Part shown: positions 14,157 to 27,063 of the stretch, one piece after another
Position numbering within the stretch: the stretch's first letter is position 1
Layout of the letters: each line of letters starts with the position of its first letter
Assembly: GCA_015680685.1 (NCBI GenBank)
Contig: MNCI01002654.1
Span: forward strand, 1 to 64,000
Reading direction: 5' to 3'
From: Gnetum montanum
Taxonomy: Eukaryota; Plantae; Gnetophyta
DNA length: 64,000 nt
Translations under genes and position numbers: made by a program
Notes under the pieces: model-generated
Seen by the model: the letters and a program-made list of their open reading frames with translations, nothing else
Databases searched by the model: none
Told to the model about the DNA's origin: nothing

Positions 14157-14297
14157 GGTTGCAAACTTGTGTGTGATTTTATATGTGGCTTTTAATAATT
14201 ATTTTCTTCTAAAAGATATATCGTTAAGTCCTTTACAGTGATCTTGTATGATGTAACTAATCTAAATAACTAGCACTATCCCCAGTAACGATGCCAA

Positions 14298-15161
14298 TGA
14301 TGAGCAGCGAGGTACCCCTACACTCAACCATACGAATATGAGCGTTCGTGCATGATTCGGTCGAATTCCATGGACAGGGTAGTCATGGTATCTAGATAGT
14401 TACACGTTGATAGTAGTTCATTGTCTTCCCACTTGGACTAGTATTTGCTTTGTCACATATGGTTTAGTCTAGATGAGGTGTATGATGTGATCCTAAATTA
14501 GTGCTACTCCTAGAGACAATGGAGAATAATCTTGATTAAACTAATGAGTAATAGGAAATGAAGTATAAGCTAACCTAAGTGTGATGACCATCTATTCCTT
14601 AATCATCTGTATACATCTTGGACCTCATGCATGACTACTACTGGGGTTACCAAGCGTAGATCCTAGGTACGCTACTAGGTTACCAAGTAATCACACTTAA
14701 ATGTTCGTGATTAAGTCATACTCATTCCGTATTTAACAACAGGAATAGTAAATGATGATACAGAAATATTCACTAAGAAAACAATAAATAACAATAACAA
14801 TTAAACAATTAAAACTAAGTGAATGCTGCAATGATGAAGTAATCTCGATCTTTATTTTCAGTCATGTGCACATCCAAGTACGTCACACTCGAATAAAGGT
14901 GTCATACAATTACAAGCATCACACTACAGGCATGCACTTGGGAAAATAATCTAACTCCTACGGAAACAAAATGCAAGAACTTCGCTACAACTACTGAAAG
15001 GATGTCTAAATGAGATGGAAGGCCCTCTTATTTATAGGCTAAGATAAGTGGCTGCATAAATAGGGCCACATCGATGCAAGAAGGCTATGTCGATGCGGTC
15101 GCATATACGGGGCATCGTATATGTAGCCTAGTCGACGCATCGACTATATGACACTTCATTA
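14298..15161 (-). repeat. 5' LTR of copy 2
   Basis: Adjacent to the PBS; repeat of 9347-10236. Confidence 0.92.
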
Positions 15162-17165
15162 CACAAGATAAAAAAAATCCCAAGAATTTTTAGAAGTTTT
15201 TCCAAAGTAACGTTTCTACTCATATAAACTATCAATTGAATGATATTATGAATTTTGTAGCATTTTTTTCAAAAGAACATTATATTTGTTAACATAATTG
15301 TTTTCAAGCTCCTTTACATTTTACCCTAGAAGAAGTTATAGATGGCATTAACAAACTAGCATGTGGAAAAGCTAATGGTGAAAATGGTTTATATGTTGTA
15401 TTGTTATAATGGGAAAGACTATCTATTCAAACAAAAATTTGGGAAAAAATTAAATATTATTACTATTGATAGCCTTGCTAAATGATGGAAGATTAGTAAG
15501 GTAATGCTTCTTTATAAGAAGGCGACTAAAACAATTTAAACAATTGTCATATGATAGTTATAAGTAGTATCTTTGTTAAGCTTTTAGGTACTATTCTCAA
15601 AAAAAGAATAAGTAATTGTGCAAAAACAAATAATATCAAGGTAATCTACCAAATAGAACTATTCAATTGTTGATCATCTTGTCACTATTAGACATTGCAT
15701 TAAACTTGCCAATATTCCTAAAAAAAATTTATTTATTTGCTTTATAGATTTTACAAAAGTTTATGGTTCAATGAGTTTGAAGAAGTTAAGACTACAACTA
15801 AATAATAAAATCCTCCCTTTAGAACTCATAAGAATGACTCAAAAGTTGCATAAAGAGGTTATCATTAAGCTCAAAGATAATGAATCAAAAAGAATTTAAA
15901 ATTTTGAAGAAAAACTAAGGTGAACTAAGTTTTTCCTTTATCTACAACTTTCTTTAGTCTCTTCATTGATGAGTTGCAAGATTGGATGTGTAATGGACAA
16001 CAAAGACACATTATAAAAGTAAGTTGCTAGGTAATGAACCTACTTGTTTATGTAAAGGATGCTACTTCAATATCTATTTTTGAGAAAGATATGTTAAATA
16101 TGCTATAAATTTTAGAACAATTTTGCATTTTTTTGGATTTCATGTTAATGGAAAAAAATTGAAATGATGATATTGGACATAAGAAACATACAATATAATT
16201 TCAAATTTGGTGATTAGAATATACAAATTGTGGTCTCTTTGAAATATTTGGGTCTTCAATATATGAATAATTAAAGATTAAATAAATGTATTAAAGAAAG
16301 AATACTAGGACGAATAAATGTTATCTATACAATTAAAAAAATATATAAGAAATTAGGAGTTTGGGCTTATAAGACTAGAAAACAAATCTTTCATATAGTC
16401 ATTTATCATAGTGTTATATGCATGTGCACAGTTTGGAGACTAGGGATTAGTGTAAAAAATTAGATGACTATTGAAAGAGTACAAAAGATAATTTTATTTG
16501 ATGAATTAAGTGTAAAAGTACAAACATTGTATTTCATACTTGTATTAGAGTATAATCTACTTCCTCTAGAGAAATTTGTAAGTTTATCACTTATACATAA
16601 AAACTACTAAAAATAAACCAAATCAAAATTTTCAAAGTAATTCTTGAATACACAAGAGAGCCGAAATGGTATTTTCAAGAGATCCAATCATTGAAGACTC
16701 AAGATATCTCATCCAAGAAGATAAAGAGCAATCCAAAGCATATTCATAAGTTAGTTTAATGTCTGGTTTTAACAAAGTTATAGTTAAATGTAAAATGCAA
16801 GAAAAAATTTTATTTGGATTGAATTAGAGGTAATTAGCTTAATATAGAAGTTCATTAATTGTCACATGATGTCGCATTTTCATTAGCAAACTTTGTTTAA
16901 GTTCACATCATGTTAGAATAGAAAGTGGAAGATGATGCAAATTCCAAGGAGAAGAATGCACATGTAAGCTATGTGGTTCAAAAGGTCTTGAAAGTGAGCC
17001 AATAGTTCTTTTAGTTTCCCTTAGGCTAAACATTTGATACAAATATAATATTGCAGCAAAAGGTTTATATGATTTTTTCAAATGATATCCAATATTTGTC
17101 AGCCACTTTATTAAGGTAATATTTAATTTGCATGATACAGATAAATTCTGTCTAATAAATCTTTG
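15162..17165 (+). pseudogene. RT and C-terminal Zn-finger part of the decayed RTEX-like LINE
   Basis: FTLEEVIDGINKLACGKANG, CFIDFTKVY, LLVYVKD (LLYADD), LKYLG, then LSSHHVRIESGR*...EECTCKLC...ESEPIVLL. AATAAA at ~17160. Confidence 0.72.
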
Positions 17166-17286
17166 GGTTTTACCGATGTAATAAAACGTCAATTTGGGTT
17201 TCGGTTTCATTTTTAAATGCATGAAATGGTAAATATTTAAATACTTCACAGTAATACAAAAACACACTTGTACTTTTTGAATAATG

Positions 17287-17689
17287 CTAATAGCTGGTGA
17301 ATTCACCAGCACTTCATAGAATAAATTGTCTGAAGAACGGTACAGAGAAGTAGCATGAGTGCAACAATGCGTACTAAGATTTGCCATGGCTTTGAGAAAC
17401 GAGTTTGAATGAACAGTTCTTGAAGTAATTCCTTACATTATTCACAATATGCTTACGGATCTCTAGCACATTATCCACCGTATTAAAAATGGAGAGGCTG
17501 TGCAAAAGCTTTGCAACGCTCTGCTCGTTTTCAAGACCAGTTTCTAATTTGTATAATACCATACTTGATCAGAATGGCTGCGTCCTTCTCACTGTGGATA
17601 AGATGCTTCATGAGCGATGTGTAGTTATTGAAGAAGCGTTGGCCAGATCTTATGCAACACTCCTCAGACTCCATCACCTTTCTTATCAT
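17287..17689 (-). pseudogene. DUF247 (UPF0481) family pseudogene, C-terminal part
   Basis: MIRKVMESEECC...FNNYTSLMKHLIHSEKDAAILIKYGII / LENEQSVAKLLHSL...LLHSCYFSVPF matches the DUF247 pattern RNLxAxEQC...SYxxxMxxLIxxxxDVxxLxxxGII...ExVAxLFNxL...YFxxPW. One frameshift and stops. Confidence 0.75.
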
Positions 17690-17731
17690 CGCATCAGAAC
17701 TGTCTCAAGAGAAAAGCACATTAGTGCATCA

Positions 17732-20700
17732 ATGGTCTCTGAAAATTTTGTACAACATGCCATCCCACATTTTGATGGTCATTATGACCATTGGAGTATG
17801 TTGATAGAAAATATTTTGAAGTCTAAGAAATACTAGCAAGTTGTTAAAGATGGTGTAGTAGCACCTGCAGCTAAGGCTGCAATCACAAATGAACAAAGAA
17901 AGAAGCTAGAGGGACTAAGGCTAAAATATTTAAAGGCAAAGAATTATTTATTTCAGGCAATTGATTGTTTTATCCCGGAGACTATTCTTAGCAAAGAAAC
18001 TTCCAAGAATATTTGAAATTATATGAAAAAGAAATATCATGGGTCTTCGAGAGTAAAGTGCACATAGCTTCAAGCCTTGAGAAGGGATTTTGAGACTCTA
18101 CAGATGAAATATGAGGAGTCTATTAGTAGCTATTATGCAAGAACAATGGGGATATCCGATAACATGTGATTTCATGGTAAAAAAATGGAGGATGTGATTA
18201 TTGTTGAGAAGATATTGCATTCCTTATCCCCTAAGTTTGATTATGTTGTTTGTTCAATTGAAGAATCCAAAAATGTTGATGCACTTTCCCTTGATGAACT
18301 TTAAAGTTCTTTGTTAGTCCATGAACAAAAGATGAATTGAAATTCAACTTCTAAAGAGCAACCCCCCCAGGCTTCTACTTTTACTTATTCCTCAAGAGGA
18401 AGAGGTAGAAGTAGAGGTAGAGGAAGAGGAAATCGAGATAATAGAGATGGTAGCAAACATTTCAAAGGGGATGGTGATAAGTTTCAAGGCAAAGGCAAAG
18501 GACAAGTTGACAAATCTAAGGTGGAATGCTTTAGATGTCATAAATACAGACGCTATCATTTTGAATGCTACACTAAACTACCTAATCACAAAGAAGAGAA
18601 GTCAAATTTTGTAGAAGAGAAGGAGTTTGAGACCTTGTTGATGGTGGTTCAAGCCAATTGAGAGTCTTAATTAGATGTATGGTATGTGGATACTAGCTGC
18701 AACAATCATATGTGTGGATGTAAGTCTTCTTTTCCTTACTTAGATGAAAGTTTTCATTTTATAGTAAGTTCTAGTGATTTTTCTATTGTAAATGTAATGG
18801 AAAAGGGGGATATTAACATTAGAACAAAGAATGGTCTTGTAGAAACAATTTCCATTGTATTTTAATGTTCTTGATTTGAAAAGCAAATTTTTAAGTGCTA
18901 GTCAATTGCAAGGGAAGGATTATGTAATAACCATTCAGAAGGATGCTTGTGAAATTTATGATCCTTCAAGAGGAGCTATTGCAATTGTTCAAATGAGCTC
19001 CAACAAAATATTTCCATTGTGGATTGAATGTGTTGAATCTTGTCTAAAGGTTGAAGTGAAAGACCCAACATGGCTTTGGCATTTTCTCTATGGCCACTTG
19101 AATTTTGAAGGATTAAAGACTCTCTAACATTTGTTGGCTAATAAAACCATCTTCAAATGGAGGTAAGAGGTACTTGATCATCTTCATTGATGATTATACT
19201 CAAAAAAGTTGGATTTATTTTTTTGCAGAAGAAGTTTGGAATGATCATTAAGTCTCTTCATATAGATCATGGAGGAGAATATTGTTCAAAAGAGTTTGAT
19301 GTTTTTGTTAGAATCATGGCATTCAAAGAGAGGAAAAATAGAACCATCCTGAATATGATTAGAAGCCTCTTGGCAAGAGAAAGTATTCCAAACAGTTTCT
19401 AGATAGAGGCTATGAATTGAAGCATCCATGTTTTGAACAGAAGTCTCACCTTTGTTGTTCAAAACATGACACCAAAATAGTCTTGGAGTGGAAGGAAACC
19501 AATAGTGAATCACTTTAGAATCTTTGGTTGCATTGTCTATGTACATATTCCTAATGAAAAGAGGAAGAAACTGGAGGATAAGAGAGAAAAATGTGTCTTT
19601 CTTGCTGTAAGTGAAGCATCCAAAGCATATAAATTGTATAATTCTCTAACAAAGAAGATTATGACTAACATAGATGTCATCTTCAATGAAGAGAGCAATT
19701 GGAATTTGAATGAATAGCAACCTACTTCAATTATTTTTGACAGTGAAACTGCAGATTTTATAGCACCTAAAACTATAGAACCAAGAACTACAAACTTTGA
19801 AGCATCAAGAACTATGGAGACTGAAATCCCAAAAGCCATGAAGGTTGAAGCACCAAGAACTGTGGAGGCTGAGACTTCACCAACAGTAGTAGCAATTGAA
19901 TCTCATCATATTCGAAAAAGACCCTTATGGATGATGGATTATGAGGTAATTGGGATTGACCAATTTCATGACCCAATCACCCACTTTTCTTTGTTTGCAC
20001 ATTGTGATCCCACAACTTTTGAAAGTGCTATTAAAGAATCAAAATGAAGAAAGGCAATGGAGGATGAAATTAAAGCCATTGAGAGAAATGGTACTTGGGA
20101 ATTGGTTGATCTTCCAAAAGGGCACAAAACCATTGGTGTGAAGTGGGTCTTCAAAATAAAACTAAATGAGACTGAAGTTGACAAGTATAAGGCATGATTG
20201 GTAGCTAAGGAATACAAGAAAGAATATGGGATTAACTATAAGGAATTCTTTGCTTCTGTTGCAAGGCATGATACAATCAAATTGGTGATTGCATTGGTAG
20301 CATAAAATTCATGGCCTATCTTCCAAATTGATATCCAATCTGCATTCTTGCATGGAGACTTGGAGGAATAGGTATTTATTGATCAGCCCCCTAGTTTCGT
20401 AAAGCTTGGTAGTGAGCACAAGGTCTATATATTAAAAAAGGCTTTTTATGGACTATAACAAGCTCCAAGAGCTTGGTATAGTTGTATAAATAACTATTTT
20501 TCTAACAAGGGATTGAAAAAATGTCCATATGAGCATACACTTTTTACAAAGATTGATGGAAGAAAATTGCTCATTGTATATTTATATGTTGATGATCTTA
20601 TTTTCACTAGGAATGATAATGATTCATTTGAAAAATTTAAGAAGTCAATGATGGATGAGTTTGAAATGACTAATCTTGGAAAAACACATTACTATCTTGG

Positions 20701-21047
20701 CATGGAAGTAGTGCAATCCCCCATTGGAATCTTTATTTCTCAAAAGAAGTATGTTAGAGATATTTTGGAGAGGTTTAAGATGAAGGATTGTAATCCTATA
20801 AGCACTCCAATTGAGATTGGCTTGAGGTTAAACAAAGATCCTAAAGAAAGCAAGGTGGAGGCTATACTTTACAAGTAAATTCTTGGGAGTCTAATATATT
20901 TGACTGCAACCATAGCTGATATAATGCATGCTATGAGTCTTATCAACAAATACATGGAGTCTCTAAAGAAGATGCATTTATTGGCTACTAATAGAATATT
21001 TTGTTACTTGCAAGGGACTAAAGATTTTGGGTGGTTTTAAAAGAAAG
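17732..21047 (+). pseudogene. Copia gag-protease-integrase-RT polyprotein, degraded with internal deletions
   Basis: MVSENFVQHAIPHFDGHYDHWSML; ECFRCHKYRRYHFEC; WYVDTSCNNHM; IDHGGEY; HFRIFGCIVYVH; LYVDDLIF. Confidence 0.9.
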
Positions 21048-22311
21048 GTGACTGTTGATGTCAACCTCGCCTATGCTATTGCATAGGACCATAATAAATA
21101 GGATGTAAAAGAGAATTGGACAAATTAGAAAAGTACCTTTTGGGAATGGCAAAATGGAATGGGATTGACCACTGTCAACTCTGGTATTGTTGTGCAATGT
21201 TTCAATGTCCAAGTAGATTCATGCATCCAACCATGCTTTTGAACTCCACCATTACCATTATTTTTAAAGCACTTGAATGCACTAGTTGCATCATTTTAGC
21301 AATGGCTCACTATTACCATCACCTAGAAGGAAATACAGAAGATGCAAAAGGCTGTCAATGCAATGCAAAGATTCACAAATCACATCATATATGAAAACTC
21401 AAGAATTGAAGAAGCTATATTCCTTGTTCCACATTACCATCAAAGAATAGAAAAGAGTTCATGGATGTTCCATAATTAAGGGATATTCTACAATTCAATA
21501 CTGTAGCACATGCCCCATCTCACTGAGAACCTCCAACAAACAAAGAGCAACCACCGTGGATCTATTATCGGTGGTCCCTTTGTAGCAGCATTTCACCATA
21601 CAATTAAACAAGATGCCACTAAAGCAAAGAAACTAAATCGTGTCAAAGAAAATAAATTCTCACTACAATACTAAAGTATGGAATAGAGAAATATAATACC
21701 ATGTACAAAATATGATTTTAAGATAGCCACTAATTTTAAACTTCGGTTATTTTATTTTATTTCACATTTAAGTTCTATTCATTAGATAAGTCATATCCAT
21801 CATCTTTGTTTAAACAAAACCCACAAAGTTTACAGTATCTATCCCTTTAAACACCCGTGCCATGGCTGCATTGATGGTTGCAAGGCATTTTGCATCAATG
21901 GGGAAGTGCACGTTACATGGGCAATGTCAATTGACGGTGTTTAACAGTGGTTCTTTTTCCCGTGGTGCATGCAGACAACCATAAAGAACAAAGTAGCAGG
22001 CATCATTAGGGGAAGGGCCTGGAGAAGCAACTTGGGCAGAGCCTCTTCTTTGACGTCGGCTGTGTCAGATGTGTTGGCAGCATATGTGAAACAAGACAAC
22101 GACTAACGATGGGTGATAGTGGCCTCTATAGTCAGCAGGTAACATGTGTGACACAAGACAACGGTTGACGATGCGGTTCCTTGCCACACAGACACGACAA
22201 AATTGTAGTTTTGTTCTTGCTATGGTGGCTAACAATTGATCCAGAAGCTGATGCACAGCAAAGGTGGTAGACGTGGATAGCAGCTAATGCGTAATAGATC
22301 GACTTGGGGAT

Positions 22312-23732
22312 CATAGTTGCCGGAAACGGAAACGGCGCAACGTGACGGCAACGGCAACCAAACCGCAAAAAAACAGGCGCAACGTGACGGCAACGGCAAC
22401 CAAACCGCAAAAAATCAGGTTGCGAAAAAGAAACCAGCTTTAAATATAGAACCTTAGTAACTTTAGCAATTTTTATATTTTAATAAAATTATGTGCATAT
22501 TTCTTTGGTCATAGAACAACAATTTAAAATGCAATACAATATAATGATTTTTATATATAAAAGTTTACAATATTTTTATTTATTGGTATCTAAGAACAAT
22601 TACCCATTAGAAGTTGTAAAATAGTTTATTTAAAAAATAAATATTTTTTGAAGAAAATTAATAAAAAAACAAAAATATATATTAAGAACAATTTTGGTCA
22701 ATTTAGGGGTGGGCTTTCTTAATTCGATTGCCCTCGGAAGTTTCCTTTTGTGGGCGTGAAATACATGTGAAATTTTTTGCATTTGCGTTTTCGTTACGCT
22801 GATTTGATGTTTTAATCTTTATCTCTGAAGCACAAAAACTTCATATTCAGGAATTGATAAAATTCAGGAAGGCACTGTAAAATATTCAGTCGTGTAATAC
22901 AAAACCCAACTACGTGGTTTATTGTAAGCAAAACACAGGCGAAACGTCATAATTTTGCGTCTTAACCACTTCTTCGGTTGCCGTGATACCCAGGGAAGGA
23001 AATCCTAATTCCTTTCTATTAGGAACTTTAATCATTTAATCATTTATAATTTCATATTTCAGTCATATACTGATGAGGGCTTTGCTTTTAAAAAAAATTG
23101 TCCATCATAATATCATATGATTTGTTTTAGATGTTAATTTCCTAAGTAAGAACTTCTGTTTTTAGCACTCAGGATTAAAATATACTTGGGGTGCAGTTCC
23201 GAGTTTGCAAAATTGTAAGGGAAGTTTCCCGTGTTGGAGGACGAAAAACAGAGTCAGGAAAAGGTCAATCTGGATGTTAAAATTGAGCCAGGACCGACTT
23301 ATTAAAAGAAAAATTGAAGGAATTTTGAACTGGTCTGCTAAATCTGAAAGGTCTCAAAGGTTTCAATGAACACAATTAAAAACATCAATTTCAAAATTAA
23401 ATGACTCACGTCACTGAGGCCGAACATATTCTTCTAATCAAACATTTCTTTGTAATCCTGTTTAAGGAAGAGCTGCCAAAAATAACAAAAACATTAATTA
23501 TATTGAGGTGTGGAACCTTGAATGCAGTTGTTGAGAATAAAATCAAAAAATAAAATCAAAGGAAATGAAACCTGTCAAAAACGCAACGAAACGTGAAAGA
23601 AACGTTTCAGTTTGCCCAGAAACACTTCGCCCGTGACGGTTACTGTTCATGAGAGGCGTTTTGAAAGGGGATCCCGTTTCCGCAACGAAAAACGTGAAAC
23701 GTTATGAATCCGTTGCGTTTCTGGCAACATAG
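22312..23732. mobile_element. Non-autonomous hAT-type DNA transposon (MITE-like)
   Basis: Imperfect TIRs CATAGTTGCCGGAAACG / CGTTTCTGGCAACATAG; 8-bp TSD TTGGGGAT/CTGGGGAT; subterminal GAAACG/GCAACG repeats including a ~40-bp tandem pair at 22334-22415. Confidence 0.85.
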
Positions 23733-24571
23733 CTGGGGATAGCAACAGTGGTCACGGTTGAGATTGGCACGTGAACTTGTGGCATGCATGTTCAATAAAA
23801 AATAGTGGACAGATTTGCAGCTCTCTCTCTGAGATAGTAGACACTATGACGGTGGACAAGCGACAGTAACGGACGGCATTTTTCTTTTTCTTTTTTTCTC
23901 TCTTTCTTTTTCTTTTTTTCTCTCTTTCAACTTGTAGAAGTCTCTCTCCCCGTAAATAGACAGCAACGACAGTGCATACGCAAAACATGGATGGCATGGG
24001 CATTAGCAGTAGAATTGCATGGTTTCTTGATTGGTGTGTTTTCTGTCATTAACACAATGGTCAACATTGAAAAACAAAATTACTGGAAAAATCCAAAACT
24101 AGTGGAGAGACAACAGGATTTTCTTTCTGGCCGATACCCATCACACACTCTGTGAGAGATGTCCCAAGTGGTGGTTCCCTTGGGCTCTCCCCATGGTTCG
24201 GGGGCCATGGAACACTCTGAGGCACCCTCAGGTGGCTTTCAAGTGTTACAAAACCCACCCGGGCTTGGTGGTACCAAGCTAGCAATAGGACACCCTCCTC
24301 TTGCAACTCTCTTCTTTAAGTCCTTTTCCTTCCCTCTTCTCGATGGAGAACTACATGGCCCTGATTCTACGACGGTCGTAGATATGTAGGCAGCCAAGAC
24401 TGGATAGTTTTGGTGTGGTGCCATGCCACACCTTGTACCAGATCGCGAGGGATCTGGGGGTGAGGTACCTTCCCTTGTAGGTGCATCGTCTCCCTTTCCA
24501 TCGATGTGGTCTACGAGGTTGTGTGTGCTTGTTTACTTGGTTCTCTTCTGCTTGCACTCGTGAGAGGCTTG

Positions 24572-25570
24572 ACTGGGATGTATGAAACAAAACCCAGATC
24601 TCCCAAGATGAGACAGAAATGCTTGGTATCTTAAGTTGTTTTCAAGGGAAAATTGAAGTTGGGTAAGACTTGTGAACCCATGTCTTCTCTTAGTTGGTGA
24701 CAGTTCCACGATTTGGTTCTATTGGCTATATTGACTACTTGGGCACGTATGAGGGTTGTGATACTTACCTATGGAAGAAACCTCCCAAAGAGGATCCTTC
24801 CTGCAAGTGCAAAATCTACTGAAAGGTGTTGATCGTGAGACTGGCAATCGTTCTTGATATAGTGGGGAAATGTAAATTCTAAGAATGTTGATGTTCCTCG
24901 GAGAATTCATGATTTGGTTACTCTTAGAGGTGACTCTATATTGTTCCTTGACCTTGTGTTCAGAAAATGGTGCTTGTCCCATAACTTGGTGTGGGAAGGA
25001 TGGCTTGCATGTGGAAAATGTGGGTGACCCTTCTCCATGAACGGGATATTATGGTTGCATTTGATGATGTGCTTATAGCTGATATGAGACAGGTGATGGA
25101 GGATTGTCATGGGGTTGGTTGCCCAATTGACCCTCCCTTGTTCTAACATTCGAGCAGACATTCTCGATGTTGGACAATCATAAGAGGTGTTGCTGAAAGT
25201 TTGGGCTTGTTGTATGTAGCCTCTTCGAGAAGTTTCCAAATAGATTTTTGGATCTTCTCTCTCTCGTTGGAATACTAGGGAATGATGAATGATGGATTGA
25301 GGCATGCGATGCTGGTGTCTGCAGACGGCAAGGTCAACCTCAAAGATCTACCCTTGTACCTTGTTTGTAAGGGAGAACATGCTTGACTCCCTTCATACTA
25401 GCTTGAACAAAAATGATGAGAAAAGAGATTGCGCACAGTACTGATGCATGTGGAATCAGTGCTTAGATGGTTGCACTGGTGAGACCCGATGGGTCTGGAT
25501 GCGAGTAGTAGAACATGGAGTTCTGACAAGCATGAGTTGCTTGCTGAGACATGGCTCTTAGGAGCATGTC
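24572..25570 (+). pseudogene. Highly decayed Ty3 RT/RNase H remnant of the chromovirus element
   Basis: DIMVAFDDVLIA (YxDD-like) at ~25044-25080; STDACGISA..RP and SRTWSSDKHELLA (TDAS...ELLA) at ~25435-25550. Confidence 0.55.
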
Positions 25571-25980
25571 CTCCAAACATGGCACATACGCTCAAACCAA
25601 TGTCCAATCTATTAATCACACTTTTGTACAGATACAGATCTTACATGGACATAGCGCATGAATGCTTTCAGATGTGCACAACGCAGCAATCTGAGATATC
25701 TCTGTGTACACACTCACACATACAGACTATTCCAACAGGAACGCTTGCAACGACGCATGGCGCAACACATTACGATCTCTCTGCAGGATAACTTACACAC
25801 AGCATATCAGGGATGTTTTAAGGAGAGCAAAGCGCGTCACCCTTAGATACCTCTGATAGCAAACACTCTTAGAACTAAGAACTAAGGACTGAAAGAAAGA
25901 CTGCTACTAGACTTCAGACTCTCTTGCTTGCTTGCTAGATTGATCGATTGATCGGTGCCCTTACAAAGAACTGAGGGGTT

Positions 25981-26035
25981 CCTTATATAGGAGAGGAACC
26001 GCCTTGGAGGTAAGTGGATGCTGACACAGCATATC
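25981..26035 (-). promoter_or_regulatory. Viral pregenomic-RNA promoter core (CCACT box + TATA)
   Basis: Minus strand reads CATCCACTTACC...TTCCTCTCCTATATAAGGAAC, similar to the CaMV 35S core TTCCTCTATATAAGGAAG. Located just after ORF2. Confidence 0.75.
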
Positions 26036-26102
26036 GCACTATAGGATATGCATTGATTACAAATCTTACTATTTAGATCCACTTTTACTATTTGGCCTAC
26101 TT

Positions 26103-27045
26103 TTACTGTTCTGCACCGCTGTCATCACTATCTCTTGGAGTCGTGGGTGCCTCGGATTCATTTTGTCCTTCATCACTGTCAGAAGTGGGAAATGATAGGA
26201 CAGGTCCTGGATTATGCCATCTGACATGCCATGTGCCACCTTCACTGTGGAGCAAACGAAAAGCCGGATCATAATTATAAGGTTCCAGTGTGGAAGGATA
26301 GCAATGATTCTCCTGGCAATGCATATTGATTTCATAAGCAGTTGTTGTCAGGACGTCTTGGTACCAAGCTAATCTCCACGGATNGAGCAGTTGTTGTCAG
26401 GACGTCTTGGTACCAAGCTAATCTCCACGGATTCTGCCAATCTGTTCACCTGCATAAACTAGTTGTAATAAAATAAGATGGATAATAATCTTGGAAGGCG
26501 AAATGAGCCATGGTTTGGGAACTCGTGAAATATTGGAAGTCACCATGAGGATAGGCTCGTAATCTATGGATCTGGGCAGGATCATAATTCATTGGAAAAT
26601 ATGTTACAGTATGGCCATACAATGCCCACCATTCCCAAAATGGATGATTGTCAGGAGGACAATCGAGAGCATAGGTAAAGTCGATGTGGTAGACATGACA
26701 ATCAGAAGGTTTAAACCTTGGCCAATGGATTATTGAGGGAGAGTCTTCTTTTGGTTATGTTAGATGCACACAATCATCAACAAACAAATTAGCATGGAGG
26801 CTGGCTTTTACATGGATTGGTGGATACAGATCATCAAGAACAGCATTTGGATGACCAAAATACGTGTAGGAGACATGAGGACTCATATCTCGAACATAAG
26901 AGTGATACACATAAACATCCCAGTCATCATGAGCATCCATATGCACACCAGTTATTTGTGATTGGGTTAGATACAAACGATTCAAATTACAAGGGAGAAC
27001 TCTGTGGCTTGAACGAAGCTCCCATCCTTCGTGCAAGTATGTGGC
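26103..27045 (-). pseudogene. Caulimovirid ORF2 (~300 aa, Florendovirus-ORF2-like, unknown function)
   Basis: One frame after removing the n-join duplication at 26384, with two stops. Motifs PFWEWWALYGHTVTYFP and NPWRLAWY; acidic C-terminus. Confidence 0.65.
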
Positions 27046-27063
27046 TGCAAAAGAAACACAATA

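Larger units (their letters stand above)
9347..15161 (-). mobile_element. Non-autonomous Athila-like LTR retrotransposon, copy 2 (both LTRs present, ORF2 internally deleted)
   Basis: LTRs at 14298-15161 and 9347-10236 with TGATGA..TCATCA-type termini. PBS TGGCATCGTTACTGGGGA at 14296-14279. PPT TGGGGGTA at 10244-10237. TSD CACAT/CACAA. Gag ORF 13438-13899. Confidence 0.92.

Noticed and set aside
24159-24424. Paired ORFs at 24159/32683 and 24239/32763
   Set aside because: Incidental frames inside the GC-richer LTRs.
25851-25862. PBS-like TGCTATCAGAGG in the viral leader (minus strand)
   Set aside because: Two mismatches to TGGTATCAGAGC and only ~120 nt from the TATA; it cannot be distinguished from chance.
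26337-26433. ~48-bp tandem duplication in viral ORF2
   Set aside because: Centred on a single n (26384), so it is a contig-overlap artefact; removing it restores the frame.
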